In this document: positions 26,816-37,215 of the stretch, one piece after another
Layout: every line of letters starts with the position of its first letter
How positions within the stretch are numbered: the first letter of the stretch is position 1
Assembly: GCA_964440465.1 (NCBI GenBank)
Contig: CAYTSI010000007.1
Span: forward strand, 1-59,101
DNA length: 59,101 nucleotides
Source of the DNA: an uncultured Spirochaetales bacterium
GTDB taxonomy: Bacteria; Spirochaetota; Spirochaetia; SPDA01; CAZSGZ01
Direction of reading: 5' to 3'
Program-made: the position numbers and the translations under genes
Notes under the pieces: model-generated
The model's database searches: none
Told to the model about the DNA's origin: nothing
The model's input: only the letters and a program-made list of their open reading frames with translations

Positions 26816-27280
26816 ATGAATAAATTCATGGAAGAGGCCGTAAAAGAGGCTGAAAAGGGTATGGCCGCCGGCGACGGCGGCCCTTTCGGTGCTGTCATTG
26901 TACGGAATGGAGAGATCATTGCCCGGGGTCATAACCGGGTTTTAGCAAGTAACGATCCCACCGCGCACGCGGAAATATGCGCGATCCGGGAAGCATCGCG
27001 GAAATTAGACCGTTTCGATCTCTCCGACTGTGAAATATATTCGACCTGTGAACCCTGCCCGATGTGTTTTTCCGCGATCCATTGGGCGAAAATGAAAAAA
27101 TTATACTTCGGATGTACCCGCTACGACGCCGCGGACATAAATTTTGACGATCAGTTTATCTACGATGTAATTGAAGGGAAAAGCACCGAACAGCAGGTGC
27201 AAGTCGTCCAGATTGACCGGGAGGCCTGTCTTCTGCCCTTCGCCGAATGGCGGGAAAAAGAAGATAAAATACAGTATTAA
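26816..27280 (+). CDS. guaD: Guanine deaminase (CDA-fold, GuaD type)
   Basis: GGPFGAVIV, SNDPTAHAE, CEPCPMC and FDDQFIY are colinear, as I recall it, with Bacillus-type GuaD. Start at the second ATG (MNKFMEEAV); the ORF opens at 26786. Confidence 0.75.
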   Translation: MNKFMEEAVKEAEKGMAAGDGGPFGAVIVRNGEIIARGHNRVLASNDPTAHAEICAIREASRKLDRFDLSDCEIYSTCEPCPMCFSAIHWAKMKKLYFGCTRYDAADINFDDQFIYDVIEGKSTEQQVQVVQIDREACLLPFAEWREKEDKIQY

Positions 27281-27285
27281 ATGGA

Positions 27286-28218
27286 TTGCATATGGGACTA
27301 GCGCTTTGGATTGTCATCTTTGTTGTCAGTATTGCCGTTCTTGTAAAATCTTCCGATTTTTTTATTATTTCCGCTGAAAAAATCGGGACGTTTTTCGGAC
27401 TCCCCGCCTTTGTTATCGGCGTCCTTATCGTTGCCGTAGGGACCTCGCTGCCCGAACTTGTTTCCTCCGTTGTGGCCGTCGCGGAGGGTTCGTCGGAAAT
27501 TGTGGTGGGCAATGTCCTCGGCTCGAACATCGCGAATATCTGTCTGGTCCTCGGCGCGGCGGCCCTAGTCGGCAAAAATTTTATCATCCGGTACGACATT
27601 ATGCAGGTGGACATTCCCTTCCTCGTCGGCTCCGCTGTGCTCCTGTTTTTTATGGTTTATGACGGGGAGTTCACGCTGCCGGAGGCCGTTTTATGTCTTG
27701 TCGCCCTGGGGATTTATGTGCTGTATTCCTTACGGGTAAAAGGCGCCGACATCGAAGAGGAGGCCGTCCGCCCGCCCTTCCATATATGGCTGCTCCTCGC
27801 GGTAAGTCCGGTGGGTATCTTCTTCGGGGCAAAGTATACCGTCGAAGCGGTAATAGAAATTGCAAACGTTTTGGGAATAGGCAGTGAAATAATCGCTTTA
27901 AGCGCCGTTGCTCTCGGAACGTCCCTGCCGGAACTGTTCGTGTCCGTTTCCGCGGCGCGAAAAGGCCACCCGGAAATCGCGGTTGGAAACATCATTGGTT
28001 CGAATATTTTCAACACGTTTGCCGTTATGGGGATCCCCGGCGTTATTTCACGGCTTATTATTCCGAAAAGCGTTCTCGTTTTTGCCGCTCCCGTGTCCCT
28101 CGGGGTAACGCTGGTGTTTGTTATTTTTACCTTGGACAAACGGGTAAATCCCTGGATCGGCAGCCTTTTGCTTATTTTTTACGTGTTTTTTATTGGAAGG
28201 GTGTTTTCCATCTTTTAG
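27286..28218 (+). CDS. Calcium/cation antiporter (CaCA family, YrbG-like)
   Basis: Two alpha-repeat motifs, GTSLPELVSS...GNVLGSNIANI and GTSLPELFVS...GNIIGSNIFN. Confidence 0.85.
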   Translation: MHMGLALWIVIFVVSIAVLVKSSDFFIISAEKIGTFFGLPAFVIGVLIVAVGTSLPELVSSVVAVAEGSSEIVVGNVLGSNIANICLVLGAAALVGKNFIIRYDIMQVDIPFLVGSAVLLFFMVYDGEFTLPEAVLCLVALGIYVLYSLRVKGADIEEEAVRPPFHIWLLLAVSPVGIFFGAKYTVEAVIEIANVLGIGSEIIALSAVALGTSLPELFVSVSAARKGHPEIAVGNIIGSNIFNTFAVMGIPGVISRLIIPKSVLVFAAPVSLGVTLVFVIFTLDKRVNPWIGSLLLIFYVFFIGRVFSIF

Positions 28219-28238
28219 GATAATTTATTCAAAAATTG

Positions 28239-28267
28239 TTGATTTTCCCATAGTTCCGATACATAAT
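28239..28267 (+). promoter_or_regulatory. Possible promoter TTGATT-17 nt-CATAAT placing the TSS at or next to the gltS start codon
   Basis: The hexamers are seen in the sequence. There is no SD between the -10 and the ATG at 28275. Confidence 0.3.
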
Positions 28268-28274
28268 ATCCGGT

Positions 28275-29690
28275 ATGAACTTCGAATGGATGATCTTTGT
28301 CGAGCTTGGTATTATTTCTCTCGCCCTTTTGGTCGGTACGGTCCTGCGGGTGAAAATTAAATTTTTTCAAAAATTTCTTATTCCTAATTCCATTACCGGC
28401 GGGATCCTGCTGCTGCTGTTTTATACTTTCGCGGCCCCCCGTTTCGGTATGGACACCAGTTTTCTCGAAAACCTGGTCTATCATCTGCTGAACATTTCAT
28501 TCGTCGCAATGGCCCTCCGGCGGGGTGAAAAAAAATCGACTAAACGGGGCATTGCCTATTCCACCTCCATTACCATCCTTTCGGTGTACGTAATTCAGGG
28601 GGTGCTCGGTTTAGCGGTAACGATGCTGCTGATAAAGACCTTCCTGCCGAACCTTTTTCCCACTTTCGGGTTTTTTATCCCCTTAGGTTTCGCCCTCGGC
28701 CCCGGACAGTCGTTTGCAATCGGGTCGAAGTGGGAAGCCGCCGCCTACGGTTTCGAGGGAGCGGGTTCGGTGGGCCTTACTTTCGCGGCCATCGGCTTTT
28801 TCTGGGCAATTTTCGGCGGCGTTTTTTTGGTAAACGTCGCGCTTCGAAAAGGATGGATAAAGCGGTTTCGTGACATTGACATGGATGTTATGGAGAACAA
28901 AACCGGGCTTTTGAAGACCCACGGACCGTTTCCGGTGGGAGCTCACCTTACCACCCATAGTGAAGCGATTGAAACCTTTTCGTTCAATCTGGCGGTCATT
29001 CTCATTGTATATCTGTTCAGCTTTCTTTTTCTAAAGCTGCTTACCTTCCTCTTAGGTTTTGTAGGGCCGTTAGGCATGAGCCTCGCGGAAAGCTTTTGGG
29101 GTATTTCCTTTATTTTTGCCACCCTTTTCGGGATTATCGCCCGCAAATTCCTGCAGCTGGCAAAGGCCGGGCATGTGCTGGAAAGCGGTGTTCTTACCCG
29201 GATGGCGGGGTTTTCCGTGGATTTTATGGTTGCCGCGTCCATCGGAGCAATATCGGTAAGCATCGTTGCAAAATACTGGATACCCATCGTCATTTTGGGA
29301 GTCGCGGGCGGGGTCGTTACCATGTTTGTCCTGCTCTGGATCGGCTCGAGGCTGCTGATGAATTATAAGTTCGAACGGATTATCCTGATATACGGCGCCC
29401 TGACGGGAACGCTGCCTTCGGGCCTGACCCTTCTGCGGGTGGTGGACCCCGAATTCGACACTCCGTCGGCGGCCGATTATATTCCCGCCGCGGGGATTAT
29501 GTTTCTTATGGCCATCCCCTACATTCTGATGGTGGACTTTCCCGCTTACGCTTTCCGGGACAACAACCCGTTCTATTACTGGCTGACGGGGATTATTTTT
29601 GCGGTGTACGTCATCTTTGTTCTTGTTTCCTATCTGCTGCTGATGCGGGGACGGAGGAACAGACAGCCCGGTAAACTCTGGAGGTCCTGA
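28275..29690 (+). CDS. gltS: Sodium/glutamate symporter (GltS family)
   Basis: 471-aa polytopic ORF. The N-terminus ...LLVGTVLRVKIKFFQKFLIPNSITGGILL is typical of GltS. Confidence 0.7.
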   Translation: MNFEWMIFVELGIISLALLVGTVLRVKIKFFQKFLIPNSITGGILLLLFYTFAAPRFGMDTSFLENLVYHLLNISFVAMALRRGEKKSTKRGIAYSTSITILSVYVIQGVLGLAVTMLLIKTFLPNLFPTFGFFIPLGFALGPGQSFAIGSKWEAAAYGFEGAGSVGLTFAAIGFFWAIFGGVFLVNVALRKGWIKRFRDIDMDVMENKTGLLKTHGPFPVGAHLTTHSEAIETFSFNLAVILIVYLFSFLFLKLLTFLLGFVGPLGMSLAESFWGISFIFATLFGIIARKFLQLAKAGHVLESGVLTRMAGFSVDFMVAASIGAISVSIVAKYWIPIVILGVAGGVVTMFVLLWIGSRLLMNYKFERIILIYGALTGTLPSGLTLLRVVDPEFDTPSAADYIPAAGIMFLMAIPYILMVDFPAYAFRDNNPFYYWLTGIIFAVYVIFVLVSYLLLMRGRRNRQPGKLWRS

Positions 29691-29694
29691 GGGG

Positions 29695-29714
29695 CCGAAG
29701 GTACGGTCCTTCGG
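29695..29714. terminator. Short hairpin between convergent gltS and FAH genes
   Basis: CCGAAGG-tacggt-CCTTCGG with no clear T-tract. Weak. Confidence 0.25.
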
Positions 29715-29717
29715 AGC

Positions 29718-30446
29718 TTACAACAACCGGTCCTCCAGCTGCTCTTCCGCCACCGGGTTCCGGAGCACTCCGATTTTTTCAATTTCGATTTCCACCGTAT
29801 CTCCATGCCGGATTCTTCCCACTCCCGCGGGCGTGCCGGTGGAAATAATGTCACCGGCCTCTAAGGTAATCTGCTGTGAGATAAAGGCAATAATTTCGGA
29901 AATCGGAAAAATCATGTGCCGCGTATTGGAATCCTGCCGCGTCTCGCCGTTCAGTCGGGCCTGAATACGCAGATCCTGCGGATCCCCGATGGCCTCGTGC
30001 GGCACGATTACCGGTCCTACCGGCGCGAAGGTATCCAGGGATTTCCCCCGAAACCAGCCCGATTTGTCGGATGTCTGCAGGTTCCGCTGGCTGACATCGT
30101 TGAAGCAGGTATATCCGAAAATATAGCCGTACGCCTCATTCTCCGGCACGTTCCGGCATGTTTTTCCGATAATACAGGCCAGTTCCGCCTCGTAATCGGT
30201 CCTAAGGTCGTCAAAACCGTATTTTTGAAGAAAAGCGGGAATGCGGATAGTTTCTTCAGGTCCGATAAGCGTGTTCGGAGTTTTCGGAAACAGCACCGGC
30301 TCGGAAGGCTCTTCTTTCGTAAACCCCTGTACGTTTACACTGTGGCTCTCTTCAATATGGTCCCGGTAGTTAAGACCTAACGCGATTATTTTCGACGGGG
30401 AAAGTTCAACCCATTCATTCCTCCCGGCAATTTGCAGTTTTACCAT
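29718..30446 (-). CDS. Fumarylacetoacetate hydrolase (FAH) family protein
   Basis: YEAELACIIG, FGYTCFNDVS and GDIISTGTPAGVG motifs. Confidence 0.85.
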   Translation of the reverse strand: MVKLQIAGRNEWVELSPSKIIALGLNYRDHIEESHSVNVQGFTKEEPSEPVLFPKTPNTLIGPEETIRIPAFLQKYGFDDLRTDYEAELACIIGKTCRNVPENEAYGYIFGYTCFNDVSQRNLQTSDKSGWFRGKSLDTFAPVGPVIVPHEAIGDPQDLRIQARLNGETRQDSNTRHMIFPISEIIAFISQQITLEAGDIISTGTPAGVGRIRHGDTVEIEIEKIGVLRNPVAEEQLEDRLL

Positions 30447-30525
30447 ACATCTTCCTTACTTTATTGAGATTGTCTTCCGATACTGAAAGTATACGCCTCT
30501 GTATTACTAACTGCAAGGATGGAAC

Positions 30526-32490
30526 ATGGCCGTGTCCGCGGAACATAAATATATTCTCATATCGGAAGATGCGCGGTCCAGCATTTATGTGGAAAACTTC
30601 CCGGAAGGGACGTTTGTTATACAGGATGCAATGGCAAAATGCATCAGCCTGATAAAAGAACAGAAAGGCGGTACGCTGTTTCTTCTTTTCTTTGTTTCCC
30701 CCGGGGACATGCAGAAAATCCATTCCTATTTTACCCGCTTAGAAACAGCCGCGGTTCTCTACAAAGGGATTATTGTAAGCGGCGGCAAAAGCGTGATGAA
30801 AGACTTTTCCGCCTACGAGGATGTTTTTACCCTGCGGACCACCGATATTTTAGAACAGGAATATCTGTTTTTAGCGGCAAAAGCTTTCGAGGCCTTAGAA
30901 GGGGAAGTTCACAAGAAAAAAGCAAATGAAGAACACAACCTGAAGCTTATCGACGCCTGGAACGATCAGGAATCGCTTATCAATATCGGAAAGGCCCTTT
31001 CCATCGAGAAGGACCCGGACAATCTGCTGCGGACAATCCTGTATTTCAGTAAAAAAATAACCGGCGCCGACGCGGGAAGCATTTTTATAGTGGAAGAAGC
31101 GGAGGAACAGAAATTTCTCCGCTTCAAGTATTCCGATACGTTTTCGAAAAACCTCTCCTACGAAGAATTCACCATGCCGATGAATACGAAATCGATTGCC
31201 GGGTATGTCGCGGTTACCGGACAGGTGCTGAATATTGAGGATGTGTATGAACTGGATGAAGACGCGCCGGTTTCATTCAATCCCTCCTTTGATATGGAGC
31301 ACGGCTATAGAACGAAATCGATGCTTGTCCTCCCGATGCGGAACCATATCGATGAAATTATCGGGGTAATTCAGCTTATCAACAGTAAGGAAGTAGGCGA
31401 TATCCATACGGGCAACGAGGCCTTTGAAATCCGCCTGGAAACGGATGAAGATTTCAGTGCAAAGGTGTCTCCCTTCGATGAACGCTACGAAAGCCTGATG
31501 GAAGCTGTAGCGGGACAGGCGGCAATCGCCCTGGAAAACAACAGGATGCTTATTCAAATTGAGAACCAGTTTGAAGAGTTTGTAAAGGCAAGCGTAACCG
31601 CGATTGAATCACGGGACCCTGCTACCAGCGGTCACTCCTTTCGAGTGGCGGACATGTGCGTGCGAACGATCAAGGCAATAAACAAAACAGATACGGGACC
31701 GTTGAAGGATATATCGTACAATGATGTACAGCTGAAGGAGATAGAATTTGCCGCCCTGCTGCACGATTTCGGAAAGGTATACATCGATCCGTCAATATTT
31801 TTAAAAGAGAAGAAACTGTTCAGCCGGGACTATGAATATTGTATGATGCGGCTCAATTTCCTGTACCGCTCCCTGGAATTGAAATACGCCCGGGAAGGGG
31901 CCCCCGAGGAGAAAATACAACAGCAGCTGTCCCGCGTAACTTCGATTATGGAACAGGTCCGGGAATTGAATGAGCCGAAGCCGACCGACACCGACCCGGA
32001 AGAAATTATCGGCAAAATCAGCTCGTTTCAACAGATGCTGTCGGCGGAAGACCTGCACGGCGATAGTATACCCGTCCTCGAGGAGAGTGAAATAACCAAT
32101 TTGCGCATCCGCCGGGGCAGTTTAAATCCACAGGAGCGGAAAATTATCGAGAGTCACGTGGAACATACCTACAACTTTGTAAGTAAAATTCCCTGGCCCG
32201 ATGAATATAAGCAGATACCCGACATCGCGCGGAAACACCACGAAAAATTGGACGGCAGCGGGTATCCCTTAGGGATTAAAGACAAGGACCAGCTGCCCGT
32301 CGCGTCCCGCGTTATGACCATCGCGGACATTTTCGACGCCCTGAATGCCACGGACCGGCCGTATAAAAAGGCCATGCCCTTAAACCAGATATTTTCCATC
32401 CTCCGGGAAGAGGGAGCTTCTGGAAAATTAGACGCGGACCTGATAGAATTATTTATTGCTTCAAAAGCCTGGGACAAAAGCGAAGCATAA
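30526..32490 (+). CDS. GAF-domain HD-GYP phosphohydrolase (putative c-di-GMP phosphodiesterase)
   Basis: HSFRVADMC, LLHDFGK and HHEKLDGSGYPLG. A GAF-like segment lies upstream and an unknown N-terminal domain of about 150 aa precedes it. Confidence 0.8.
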   Translation: MAVSAEHKYILISEDARSSIYVENFPEGTFVIQDAMAKCISLIKEQKGGTLFLLFFVSPGDMQKIHSYFTRLETAAVLYKGIIVSGGKSVMKDFSAYEDVFTLRTTDILEQEYLFLAAKAFEALEGEVHKKKANEEHNLKLIDAWNDQESLINIGKALSIEKDPDNLLRTILYFSKKITGADAGSIFIVEEAEEQKFLRFKYSDTFSKNLSYEEFTMPMNTKSIAGYVAVTGQVLNIEDVYELDEDAPVSFNPSFDMEHGYRTKSMLVLPMRNHIDEIIGVIQLINSKEVGDIHTGNEAFEIRLETDEDFSAKVSPFDERYESLMEAVAGQAAIALENNRMLIQIENQFEEFVKASVTAIESRDPATSGHSFRVADMCVRTIKAINKTDTGPLKDISYNDVQLKEIEFAALLHDFGKVYIDPSIFLKEKKLFSRDYEYCMMRLNFLYRSLELKYAREGAPEEKIQQQLSRVTSIMEQVRELNEPKPTDTDPEEIIGKISSFQQMLSAEDLHGDSIPVLEESEITNLRIRRGSLNPQERKIIESHVEHTYNFVSKIPWPDEYKQIPDIARKHHEKLDGSGYPLGIKDKDQLPVASRVMTIADIFDALNATDRPYKKAMPLNQIFSILREEGASGKLDADLIELFIASKAWDKSEA

Positions 32491-32506
32491 ATAATTTTCC
32501 GGCGGG

Positions 32507-33652
32507 GTGGAGAGTATGGGGTTAAAGAAATCAAAGACACAGTGTATAGGAATTCTCACAAGCGGCGGAGACTGCCAGGGGCTGAATGCCGCCATCCGCG
32601 GGGTCACAAAGGCCGCCATCAATGAATACGGGATAAAGGTAATCGGTTTTCTTGACGGATTCAGGGGCCTTGTGCAGAACCGCACCATGGAAATCGACGA
32701 CAAGGCCGTCAGCGGTATCCTAACCGAAGGCGGGACCATTTTAGGGACGAGCAGAGACAAGCCCCATAAAATGCCCATCGGCGGGAAGAAAGTAGACATG
32801 ACCGAGGCCGCCGTTGAGAATGTCCGGAGGCAGCAGATAGACTGTCTCGTTTGTCTCGGCGGCGGAGGGACGCAGAAGAACGCCTACCATCTGCATAAAA
32901 AGGGGGGTATTAACGTTCTTACACTTCCGAAAACCATCGATAACGATGTTGCCGAAACGAATATTACCTTCGGCTTCGATACGGCCATGCAAATAGCTTC
33001 GGAGGCCATCGATAAACTCCACACCACCGCCACCAGTCACCACCGCATTATTATCTGCGAAATTATGGGACATAATGCCGGCTGGCTGACCCTTGGAGCG
33101 GGACTTGCCGGGGGGGCCGATGTTATCCTTATTCCCGAGATTCCCTACAATCTGAAGGCCGTGTCCGAGCACCTGCAGGAGCGCCGCCGCAGCGGGAAGC
33201 GGTTTTCCATCGTTGCCGTTGCCGAGGGTGCACTCTCGGATGAAGAGTCTGAGCAGCTGAAAAATGGTGACGGGAAGAAAGACAAGGACAAAGAAAAACG
33301 AATTGTGCGGAATAAAGAGGGAATCCCCTATCATCTGGTGCAGGAACCGAAGGCAAGCCAGCTGGCACGGCAGCTGCAGCAGCTGACGGGGATCGAAGCG
33401 CGGGTAACCTCCCTCGGCCACGTACAGCGCGGCGGCGCTCCGACGCCGACGGACCGGCTCCTGTGTACGCGGCTGGGGACGAAGGCGGCCGAACTCCTTG
33501 CCGCGGGTAAGTATAACGTTATGGTGGCGATAAGAGGCGGGGAATGTACTCCCGTCCCCCTCAAGGACGTCGCGGGCAAGAAAAAGCTTGTACCTCCCGA
33601 CCATCCCTGGATAGAATCCGCTCTGTTAGTCGGGACCTGCATGGGTCGGTAG
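32507..33652 (+). CDS. 6-phosphofructokinase family protein (atypical GGGGT motif)
   Basis: [25 protein letters not shown] and MGHNAGWL. The canonical GGDGS/T motif reads GGGGT (checked against the DNA at 32848-32862). An alternative ATG lies at 32516. Confidence 0.8.
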   Translation: MESMGLKKSKTQCIGILTSGGDCQGLNAAIRGVTKAAINEYGIKVIGFLDGFRGLVQNRTMEIDDKAVSGILTEGGTILGTSRDKPHKMPIGGKKVDMTEAAVENVRRQQIDCLVCLGGGGTQKNAYHLHKKGGINVLTLPKTIDNDVAETNITFGFDTAMQIASEAIDKLHTTATSHHRIIICEIMGHNAGWLTLGAGLAGGADVILIPEIPYNLKAVSEHLQERRRSGKRFSIVAVAEGALSDEESEQLKNGDGKKDKDKEKRIVRNKEGIPYHLVQEPKASQLARQLQQLTGIEARVTSLGHVQRGGAPTPTDRLLCTRLGTKAAELLAAGKYNVMVAIRGGECTPVPLKDVAGKKKLVPPDHPWIESALLVGTCMGR

Positions 33653-33716
33653 AAATAAGATACGGAATAGTATACTATGCTCTGCGAGAAATACGACATG
33701 GAACGGAGGAATTAGT

Positions 33717-35687
33717 ATGGACAATAACGCACTCAAAGCAGTTGCGGCATCGGTACGAACGCTGTCAATGGACGGTGTTCAGAAGGCAAATTCAGGACAT
33801 CCGGGCATGCCCATGGGATGCGCGGAGGTAGGTGCCGTTCTGTACGGAGAAATATTAAAACAGTACAACAAGAAACCGGACTGGATAGACCGGGACCGCT
33901 TCGTTTTAAGCGCGGGGCACGGTTCGATGTGGCTCTATTCGCTGCTGTATCTGTCCGGATACGATATGAAAATGGAGGATTTGCAGCAGTTTCGGCAGCT
34001 CGGTTCGAAGACAGCGGGACATCCGGAATACGGTTTTGCCGAGGGAATTGAAACCACCACCGGACCGCTGGGGGCGGGCTTTTCCAATGCCGTCGGTATG
34101 GCAGTTGCCGAGCAGATGCTCGCCGCGAAATACAACACCCCGGAACACAATGTTATCGACCACTACACCTATGCCCTTGCCGGCGACGGCTGCATGATGG
34201 AGGGGGTAAGCTCCGAAGCCGCGTCCTTCGCGGGACATCAGAAGCTTGGGAAGCTGATTGTCTTTTACGATTCAAACCATATAACAATAGAAGGCTCCAC
34301 GGACTTGGCCTTTTCCGAAGATGTTCCCGGCCGGTTCCGGGCCTACGGCTGGCAGACCCTGGAAGTAGATGCCTATAACGTAGAGGAGATACGGAAAGCG
34401 GTGGAGGAGGCAAAGGCCGATACCAACAGACCGTGTCTGATTCTGCTCCACTCGGTCATCGGAAAGGGTTCAAACAGCATGGAGGGCTCCCATGAAACCC
34501 ACGGGGCGCCCTTAGGAGAAGATGAAATAAAGGCCACCCGGAAGAAAATCGGGACGCCGGTGGACCAGGATTTTTACGTCGATCCCGCGGCGGTTTCCTA
34601 TTTTGACGGGAAGCGGAAGGAATGGGAAGAGAACTATGAACAATGGCTGAAACTGTACAAGGCATGGGGAATGGCGAACCCAAAGCTGAAAGAACAGCTT
34701 GAAAGTGAACTGGACCCGGACATCAGCTATCACGATACCCTCAATCTGCCGGAGTTTGCCAAGGGTGATAAAATCGCGACCCGCGCCGCGAGCGGTAAAG
34801 TCCTGCAGAGCATCGCGGATTCAGTCGGCAATCTCGTCGGCGGGTCGGCGGACCTGGCGCCGTCGAACAAGTCGGCCATGCCGAAACACGGCGATTTTTC
34901 ACCGGAAGACCGCGGCGGAAGGACCCTGCATTTCGGTGTCCGGGAACACGCAATGGGAGGGATTGTAAACGGAATGGCCCTCCACGGCGGACTCCGTCCC
35001 TTCTGCGCGACTTTTCTGGTTTTTCTCGATTACATGCGCCCGGCAGTCCGGCTGGCGTCTATCATGAAACTGCCGGTTATTTATGTTTATACCCACGATT
35101 CAATTTACGTGGGAGAAGACGGGCCGACCCATCAGCCCATTGAACATTTTGCCTCCCTCCGGATTATCCCGAATTTACGGCTGCTCCGGCCGGGTGATGC
35201 CGAAGAAACGGCACTGGCGTGGGCCATGGCCCTGGAACGGAAAGACGGCCCCACCGCTCTGGCCCTTACCCGGCAGGGACTGGAGGTTTATGCAAAGGCC
35301 GATCCGGACTGGAAACACTCCTGCGGCAAAGGCGCCTACATTGTGAAGGATGTGGAAGGAACACCGGAAATGGTTATTGTCGCTACCGGGTCGGAAGTTA
35401 ATCTTGCATTGAAAGCGGCGGCGCTGAAGGCGGACAAGAAAATCCGGGTTGTATCGATGCTGAGTAAAGAACTGTTCCTGCGGCAGGATGAAGCGTACAG
35501 AACGAACATACTGCCGCCGGGGGTCCGGGTGATTGTCGCGGAAGCGGGAGTTTCATACGGCTGGGCGGACATAGCGACTTCTCCGGGAGACATTCTGTCT
35601 ATCGACAGATTCGGCGAGTCGGGTCCTGCGGAAAAGGTTGCCGAACACCTCGGCATGACGGCGGAAAACCTGGCGAAGATGCTCTAA
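33717..35687 (+). CDS. tkt: Transketolase
   Basis: ANSGHPGMPMG, GDGCMMEG and THDSIYVGEDGPTHQPIEH. Confidence 0.95.
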   Translation: MDNNALKAVAASVRTLSMDGVQKANSGHPGMPMGCAEVGAVLYGEILKQYNKKPDWIDRDRFVLSAGHGSMWLYSLLYLSGYDMKMEDLQQFRQLGSKTAGHPEYGFAEGIETTTGPLGAGFSNAVGMAVAEQMLAAKYNTPEHNVIDHYTYALAGDGCMMEGVSSEAASFAGHQKLGKLIVFYDSNHITIEGSTDLAFSEDVPGRFRAYGWQTLEVDAYNVEEIRKAVEEAKADTNRPCLILLHSVIGKGSNSMEGSHETHGAPLGEDEIKATRKKIGTPVDQDFYVDPAAVSYFDGKRKEWEENYEQWLKLYKAWGMANPKLKEQLESELDPDISYHDTLNLPEFAKGDKIATRAASGKVLQSIADSVGNLVGGSADLAPSNKSAMPKHGDFSPEDRGGRTLHFGVREHAMGGIVNGMALHGGLRPFCATFLVFLDYMRPAVRLASIMKLPVIYVYTHDSIYVGEDGPTHQPIEHFASLRIIPNLRLLRPGDAEETALAWAMALERKDGPTALALTRQGLEVYAKADPDWKHSCGKGAYIVKDVEGTPEMVIVATGSEVNLALKAAALKADKKIRVVSMLSKELFLRQDEAYRTNILPPGVRVIVAEAGVSYGWADIATSPGDILSIDRFGESGPAEKVAEHLGMTAENLAKML

Positions 35688-35703
35688 CAGCGGCGGGGGA
35701 AAT

Positions 35704-37215
35704 ATGGAAAAAACAATGCTGTTAGGGTTCGATGTCGGGAGTTCGGGGATAAAAGCTTCGCTGCTGAACGCGGAAACGGGAAAAGTAGTCGGTTCGGCAA
35801 CATCGCCGGAGACGGAACTGCCGATGGAAGCCGCGAAGCCCGGCTGGGCGGAGCAGCACCCCGCTGTCTGGTGGGAAAATGTGCGGGCAGCGGCGGCGGA
35901 GCTGAAAGAGCGCTGCCCCGCCGAAATGGGGGCGGTCGGAGGGGTGGGTATCTCCTATCAGATGCACGGACTGGTCGTCATCGATGCCGCGGGAAAAGTC
36001 CTGCGGCCGTCGATTATCTGGTGCGACAGCCGTGCCGTACCCTACGGGAACAAGGCGTTTCAGGAAATTGGTGAAGACCGGTGTTTTACCCATTTGCTCA
36101 ACTCGCCGGGTAATTTCACCGCCGCGAAACTGGCCTGGGTACAAGACCGGGAGCCGGAAATTTTCGATAACATCGATAAAATGATGCTTCCCGGCGATTA
36201 CATTGCCTATAAAATGTGCGGAGACATCCGTACCACCCCGTCGGGGCTGTCGGAAGGTATTATGTGGGATTTCCCGGAGAATACAACCGCGTCCTTTCTC
36301 CTCGATTATTTCGGCTTCGACAGTTCCCTTATTCCGGAGATTGTCCCGAATTTCGGCATTCAAGGGGAGGTAAGCACCGAAGCCGCGTCGCTTTTGGGAA
36401 TTCCCTCCGGGACACCCGTCGCGTACCGGGCGGGAGACCAGCCGAACAACGCCCTCTCCTTAAGCGTCCTCGACCCCGGCGACGTTGCCGCCGCCGCGGG
36501 GACCTCCGGGGTTGTTTACGGCATCGCGGATACCCCCGAATATGACAGCCGTTCACGGGTCAATTCCTTTGTCCATGTGAATCATCGGGAGGGGAAGGAC
36601 CGTTTCGGCGTCCTCCTCTGTGTAAACGGAACGGGGATCCTGAACAGATGGATGAAGGAAAATTTCCTGTCCCCGGGAGGCGGCGCCTTTTCCTACGAAG
36701 AAATGAACCGTCTTGCCGAAACCGCGGCGCCGGGTGCCGAAGGACTCTTTGTCCTTCCATACGGAAACGGTGCCGAACGCACGCTTTCGAACATGGATCC
36801 CGGCGCGTCGTTTCATAATCTCAATTTTAACATTCACGGTACTTCCCATCTGCTGCGCGCCGGACAGGAGGGAATTATTTTCGCCCTCAATTATGGTTTG
36901 GAAATTATGAAACAGATGAATATTCACGTGGGAACAATTAAGGCCGGGTACGCGAACATGTTCTTAAGCCCCTTATTCAGAAAGGTGTTTGCCGCCGTAA
37001 CCGACTCGCCGGTGGAGCTGTACGCTACCGACGGGGCCCAGGGCGCGGCACGGGGAGCGGGCATCGGCGCGGGTATATTCTCCGATGAGAAAGAGGCATT
37101 TATCGGTTTGGAAAGGAAGGAAATGATCGAGCCGGAGGCCGCCGCACGGTCCGTGTACGCCGAGCTGTACCAAAACTGGCACGAAACCCTGACGGAAGTC
37201 CTGAAAGGCCGATGA
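35704..37215 (+). CDS. FGGY-family carbohydrate kinase (xylulokinase-like)
   Basis: FDVGSSGIKA, HGLV and FGGY C-terminal motifs. 503 aa. Confidence 0.75.
   Translation: MEKTMLLGFDVGSSGIKASLLNAETGKVVGSATSPETELPMEAAKPGWAEQHPAVWWENVRAAAAELKERCPAEMGAVGGVGISYQMHGLVVIDAAGKVLRPSIIWCDSRAVPYGNKAFQEIGEDRCFTHLLNSPGNFTAAKLAWVQDREPEIFDNIDKMMLPGDYIAYKMCGDIRTTPSGLSEGIMWDFPENTTASFLLDYFGFDSSLIPEIVPNFGIQGEVSTEAASLLGIPSGTPVAYRAGDQPNNALSLSVLDPGDVAAAAGTSGVVYGIADTPEYDSRSRVNSFVHVNHREGKDRFGVLLCVNGTGILNRWMKENFLSPGGGAFSYEEMNRLAETAAPGAEGLFVLPYGNGAERTLSNMDPGASFHNLNFNIHGTSHLLRAGQEGIIFALNYGLEIMKQMNIHVGTIKAGYANMFLSPLFRKVFAAVTDSPVELYATDGAQGAARGAGIGAGIFSDEKEAFIGLERKEMIEPEAAARSVYAELYQNWHETLTEVLKGR

Noticed and set aside
33667-33678. 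12-nt perfect palindrome ATAGTATACTAT upstream of tkt, considered as a further copy of the trp operator.
   Set aside because: It shares only a TATA-type centre with the trp palindrome and lacks the TGTTTC/GAAACA arms. It is more simply a -10-like TATACT element.
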